DNA from: Eledone cirrhosa
Taxonomy: Eukaryota
DNA: 64,000 nucleotides
Assembly (NCBI GenBank): GCA_964016885.1
Contig: OZ024752.1
Location: forward strand, 23,622,001 to 23,686,000
Direction: 5' to 3'
Shown here in pieces: positions 58,691-64,000 of this stretch (positions are counted from its first letter, which is position 1; every line of letters begins with the position of its first letter). The notes beneath the pieces were generated by a model, which was given only the letters and a program-made list of their open reading frames with translations, had not been told where the DNA came from and ran no database searches. The translations under genes were made by a program, and so were the position numbers.

Positions 58691-59099
58691 TAATTCCTTT
58701 ACACCACTTTGGTGTGTCGTATTTGCTTTGCTTGTTATTTCAGATTGTAACCTAAAAAAGCATGTAACAGTCGATGGCCACAAAAACGGTCTTGGCAAGA
58801 TCATGCTGGAATGTCAAAAAAATGTATAAATAAGATGTAGGGAAAAGTAGATTAATTAGGTTAAAACTACGGAACATCGATAGCAAAGTGTAATAGCAAC
58901 ATATAAATGCGGAAAACGGAGACATTGAACATTTATAACATATAGCAAAAGCAACCTTAGAGACGTACGTGGTATTGTCAAAAGGACAAAAATAGCACAC
59001 GGATACAGCAAATGTAAGCATTTATACAAAAGAAAAAACAGCGATTACTTGTTGGCGGATGGGGTGCCTACAAAACTTCCTTATAGACTATATTTTGGG

Positions 59100-62000
59100 T
59101 TTTCTCGCGAGTTGCAAAAGCAAATAGGTTATGTCGGCTCCCCACTCGAGAGCAGCCAACATATAGTTGACCATGGGAGAAGCACGGTTCTTCTAAATTA
59201 AGCCCTACGACCATCAACGTCTGACCCTGTGATTTGTTAACGACATGGCGAAACTGAGCCGGAGAGGGAATTGCAGCCTTCTGAATGTGAAAAGAATGTC
59301 TTTACCGAATGGAATGAGAGGTATCCTTGGTATGAAGAGAGTATCCCCCTTACCACATCCTGTAAGTATTGTTGCCTCAATAACATGAGGCATCGCCTTT
59401 TGGACGACCAGATGTGTGCCGTTGGAAAGCCTTCGGGGTTCCAAATTCCTGAGGAGCATGACAGGGGCACCTTTCTTAAGTTGCAGTAAGTGTGGTGGCA
59501 ATCCGGGAGGGTCTAGGGAGTTAAGAAATTATGTGGGGTAATTAACAACTTCGTCCGGATCAGCAATGGGACTTGTAGACGTGCAGGTCTCCAGGCAAGC
59601 ACAGCATGAGCTGTTCATTGATGTTTCCAACTATGTGGTTTTTCGAAGTCAATATTGCGCGTTCACACAACCACTCTTGATTTGTGTAGTTCTCCTCAAG
59701 ATTAGGAAAAACAAACGTCCGTAACTCAGCAATTGACTTGACGCATCTGCAAATTCTTGTGAGGTCCGCTGCACCATCTCCGTCGAGTGGGACTTTGCCA
59801 TCTCCCAAAGACAAAATGGCAACAGCAAAACCCACTGATGTCTCATCACCTTGCAGTTGTGCTCTCATGTTTGTTGTAAGCGTCAGCTTTCTTACATAAC
59901 GCCAAAGTGGGGAGGCCTTAAGGCATGCACCAACCTCATCAGCCCACGTACCTTTTGGGATTACAGGCAGTCTGTCGGAAGTCCCCAGATAACAGGAAAG
60001 TGACACCTCCTATTGGTTCTTCACGCTCCCTGATGTCTCTGAGTGACCGGTCTAATACCTTGAGAGCCGCCTTGTGGGCCATTGTGCATTCGTTCCAAAC
60101 AATTAGTAGGCAGCGCTTTAACACCAGTGCTTTTCCTGAAGACTTGCTGATGTCTCAGATGATGCCACGTTGAGAGGAAGACTGAAGACAGAATGTGCCG
60201 TCCTGCCACCAGGCAGCAAAGTTGCTGCAGTGCCGGAAGAAGCCACGGCCAATGTTTTGTCCGTGCCTCCAGGTGCGTCCAGGAAGAATATACCCCCTCC
60301 CCGATTACGGATGGAATCAGCGACAATGCTGTAGGCTTGTTTTTGATCCATTAGAAGTTTTGGTTCATTTTCTTCAACACACCTTTTGAGTTCGTCGACA
60401 TCATATGACGTTTCACGTATAATGTCGTTGGGAATGTCAGATGGCGCATATCGAAGTGTTTGCGGAAGCTCATATTTCTCCAAGACATCTCTGCCCATTG
60501 AAGCCACTCTGTCTTCAATATCAATCAGAGCTCTGTTATATGTAGCGTCTGAAAAGCCAACATCTAAGTTTGGAGATTGCAATTGAGCGGGACGCCTATA
60601 TTCGTCTTCGAAATCATCTTTAAACTTTTGCCATAAAGAGTAAGGATCGCTCAATTCACAGACGTGCAAGAGGATAGCAAAAAGTGCCCTTAGACTACGG
60701 GATGATTGTGAGATGGTAGCTTTCATCAAGGTTGCATCCCACTGTGCGTCATCTTATAAAAGTCCACGCCTCAAGCACGTACGTTCCGCAGGCGTATCCA
60801 TCAACGGTTCTCAGATGAGTGAAGCTGGTCAGCCCTCTTACCTCATGAAGAAGAAGTCGCAGGTAGAAGCATTCGTGTTGGGTAGGGTGGACCGTATAAA
60901 CTCGCCCAAGGCAATTGTCGAATTTGATGCCTGGATGTCCAACCACCTCTTGCCCTACCTTCCTTCGTAGCCATTTTGTTCGGTTCCATGTATAGTAAGA
61001 CGGTATTTCAGAATTCAGCAGAGTTCGAGCGAAGTCGTCGTGTTGACAAAGTTTGAAAAAAGCAGTGAGTGTAGTTTCCTTTAGTGAGATCGCTAGCTGA
61101 GCAACTGTTGCATCATTGAAATACACCAGTTGACCGTTTTCAAGGTGAACGGCAAGTTGTTTAATGACGGGGTGTCGTTGGTGCAGTGTGAAGCCAAACA
61201 TGCGCCAAAAGGCTTCATTACTGCTAATGTATCGGCCTGCTTGGTAGTCAGATACCTCGTCTCTACTGTTTTCATGACGAATCCCTTGTTTACGTACTTA
61301 CAAACGTATTTAATTGATTTTACTGAGTTTCAAAATTCGACGTTTATATGGGCGTTGAATGCTTTCAAGAGGAGGGGGAAATATGGCGCTATCCAGCTGT
61401 TGTCGATTTCGCGTACACCAACTTTTGCTGTGGACCCTGTCTCCTGCGCCTATACAACGGATATCCGTCACCGCAAGTCTGTGTTTCCTGTAAAAACGGC
61501 CTGGGATATCGTTTTGTACACTTTCTGTCGTGTATGCATGGGAACTTCATGAGTCCATGTCCGCAAGGACCATGGACCATGCTTGATGTGACTATAGAGA
61601 AGAGGTCCTTGTTAATCGACGGATCAGGTAGTTCGGCAGAAATTAATTTGTCGATGTAGTTTGAACTGATTTTTGTAACCAACCAAATCATCATATGGCC
61701 ATGCGGCAGCCCTCGTTTCTGCTATTCAACCGTGTACATGTCGTGTCGCATCTGACAGGCTCAAAAACCTGTCCTTTCTTTAATAAATCCATTCATTTGG
61801 ATAATTTCAGGCGAAACACTCTTGCTATGAGATCGTGCCTGTGTCTTGGCGCTTGACCGTGGAACAATTTGTTTGTAATCTCCTTCCACTTGGGATTGCA
61901 TGTAAACGTTATGAAAAGGTCAGGGCGCCCATAATGGCGTACGTAAGTCATGGCGTCCTGAGTCCTCTCGTGCATGTATCGGAGTCCCCCTGTGAACGTT

Positions 62001-63673
62001 GAAGGCAAAATACACACTTGCCCTAAATTGTCTGGGGATACGTTGTTGTTAATTCTATCGCGTAGATGAATGTAGCATTCAGATCGAAGTTTCTTTTGAT
62101 TTAATTTAATGAACCATAATCTCTCGGACTCCATTTTAACGGCCATATCAACAGCAAATTGTTGGAAAAGGTCCCGAGAACGGTGTAGATGGTTGAATGA
62201 ATTGTCCCTTACGATAAATCGGAAAGCGTAGAAATCCATGCAGGTGATATTTTGCTAAGATGTGCCTCACCATTGCCTGCTGAATATTGAGGAATGCCGA
62301 AATTGTATCCGTCCTCACCGTTGACAAATAGCAATGGATACTGGACTGCATCGTAGGATCTGTGTGTCTCATTGATACGCTGTAATATCCTGTCTCGGTG
62401 CTTTAGAATGGCATCTCTCTTGTTGTGCTGTTCACTACAAATAACCGCAGCAATCTCATTACATGTTGGTGCGTTGAACCGGCCAGCGTTTTCTCCAGAT
62501 GGCCTTCGGTCAGCATGTATGACCACACTAAAGTTTGGGTCGGTGGCTGTTTTCAAAGCATACTTGAAACTGCGAACATAGCTGTTTTTGTCATGAAGCA
62601 TTTCTTGAAATTTTATTATGGTTTCAATGTTAGTTTCGGACGAAATAGTTTCGCATCTCTGCCTACTCTTGATAGTTTCCTACGAAGTATAACTGAGGAA
62701 ATTGAGGATCCTTTTCTGCCAGAGCCTGAATAGACCCAATCAAGTGGTAGATCTGCCCCTGGACCTCAAGGCAAGCTTTGCTCCGAAGGATGTCATCTGA
62801 AATTCGGAATTGTAGCGGCGGATATTACGCAGAAACATCGATGATTCCTCCGTCGTGACTGTCAAATGGAGTTGCAATGTCTCTGGAGGGTCGTGAATAG
62901 GAGGTAGTCTAACTTTACCGTTTGAACAGCACATTCCATCTCTCTCCCATGGCCACTTTTTCGTACGACAAAACTGGCAAGTAGAGGTCATTTCTCCAAT
63001 TTGAATATCTGCATGGACGGCGTAGTCGTGAATTGCAAGTCCTAGAAATGCCACGTAACGATGATCGCCGCTGTTCACTTTGCAGAAGTCGGCCACGTCG
63101 TTGCTGTATGGTTTCAGTATTTAGTGCAGCAGCAGTGGCAGCGGCGTCCCTGCTTCAACGAACGGCGCGTCGTCCTTCATCCTCTCGAGCGCTAGCAGCG
63201 GATGTTGCAGTGGCGTCCCTGCTTCGTTGAACGGCACGTCGTCCTTCATCCTCTCGAGCGCGAACAGCGGATGTTGCAGTGGAGTCCCTACTTCGTCGAA
63301 CCGCGCGTCGTCCTTCATCTTCTCGAGCGCGAGCTGCGGATTTTGCAGCGAAGTCTCTGCTTTATCGAACGGCACGTGATCCTTCATCCTCTCGAGCGTG
63401 AGCAGCGAATGTTGTAGCGGCGTCCCTGCTTCGTCGAACGGCACGTTGCCCTTCATCCTCTCGAGCGCGAGCAGCAGCAGTCGCGACAGCATCTTTGTTC
63501 CGTCGAAGTTCACGCCGACTGTCATCCTCCTCCGCTCTTGCAGCTGGCGTCTGCACAGCATTCTGTGAGAGCCTGATCGCAATCGCATTTACATCTTCGG
63601 TGAGACGCCTTCGCTTAGACCTACTTGCATCATTAGATAATCGACCAATGAAAGTTCTTTTCTTGGGGGACAT
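59100..63673 (-). pseudogene. Helitron RepHel ORF, multiply frameshifted
   Basis: Starts MSPKKRTFIGR (63673); Zn-finger CQFC...CCSNGKV; Rep and helicase motifs spread over many short ORFs. Confidence 0.9.
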
Positions 63674-64000
63674 TGTTTTTAGAAAATTAACCAGGGAGAA
63701 CGATAAATAGTAGACAAATAACGTTTAAGTAAGCAAATCTAAACACGGATATAAATTGTGAAAAAATGTGATAAATCTATGTGGTCTGACAAAGTGGGTA
63801 TGCTTTGCAAGATTTTGTGTACCAGTCAAATTTAAGCTTTTAAGTTAGGGGCAACGCAGCGTACGGACTACCTGTGATAAAGGAAATTAAATAGTGTGAC
63901 TACAGTGGTAGGTATATAAGTGTCAGTATGTTTGTTCAGTTCGAACATAGCAATAAGTAAGTACTAACCATTGAAAGGATACAGTCAATAATGGCCGAAA

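Larger units (their letters stand above)
58324..64000 (-). mobile_element. Helitron with decayed Rep-helicase; 5' end probably beyond the window
   Basis: 3' end CCGGGCAACGCCGGG hairpin...CTAG followed by T (58324). Rep motifs PDLFITFTCNPKW, QKRGLPHGH, YVCKYVNKG. PIF1-like helicase motifs [33 protein letters not shown]. Confidence 0.93.

Overview
Eukaryotic, very AT-rich, repeat-saturated window with no recognisable host protein-coding exon. The SINE family, the RTE types and the giant (TA)n/(TATG)n arrays point to a coleoid cephalopod, most likely Octopus (inference). Nearly all long Y/I/M/C-rich ORFs in the track are microsatellite artefacts. The real coding remnants are all transposons. They include several Penelope-like elements (PLEs; RT + GIY-YIG), one of them near-complete at 39.2-47.4 kb and interrupted by a CsRn1-type Gypsy LTR element with a tRNA-Trp PBS. 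There are also RTE LINEs, a decayed Helitron (58.3-64 kb), two mariner-type MITEs and about a dozen tRNA-derived SINEs. The most notable hidden signal is roughly 25-30 intact or degenerate type-I hammerhead ribozyme motifs (CUGANGA...GAAA...UH) from about a dozen unrelated sequence families, counted by eye. Many sit in small ORF-less fold-back cassettes embedded in (TA)n. Inversion points often coincide with the ribozyme, and stems show compensatory base changes. This suggests a population of non-autonomous, ribozyme-bearing, PLE-derived fold-back elements that target microsatellites. All alignments and coordinates were made by eye and may be off by a few bases.
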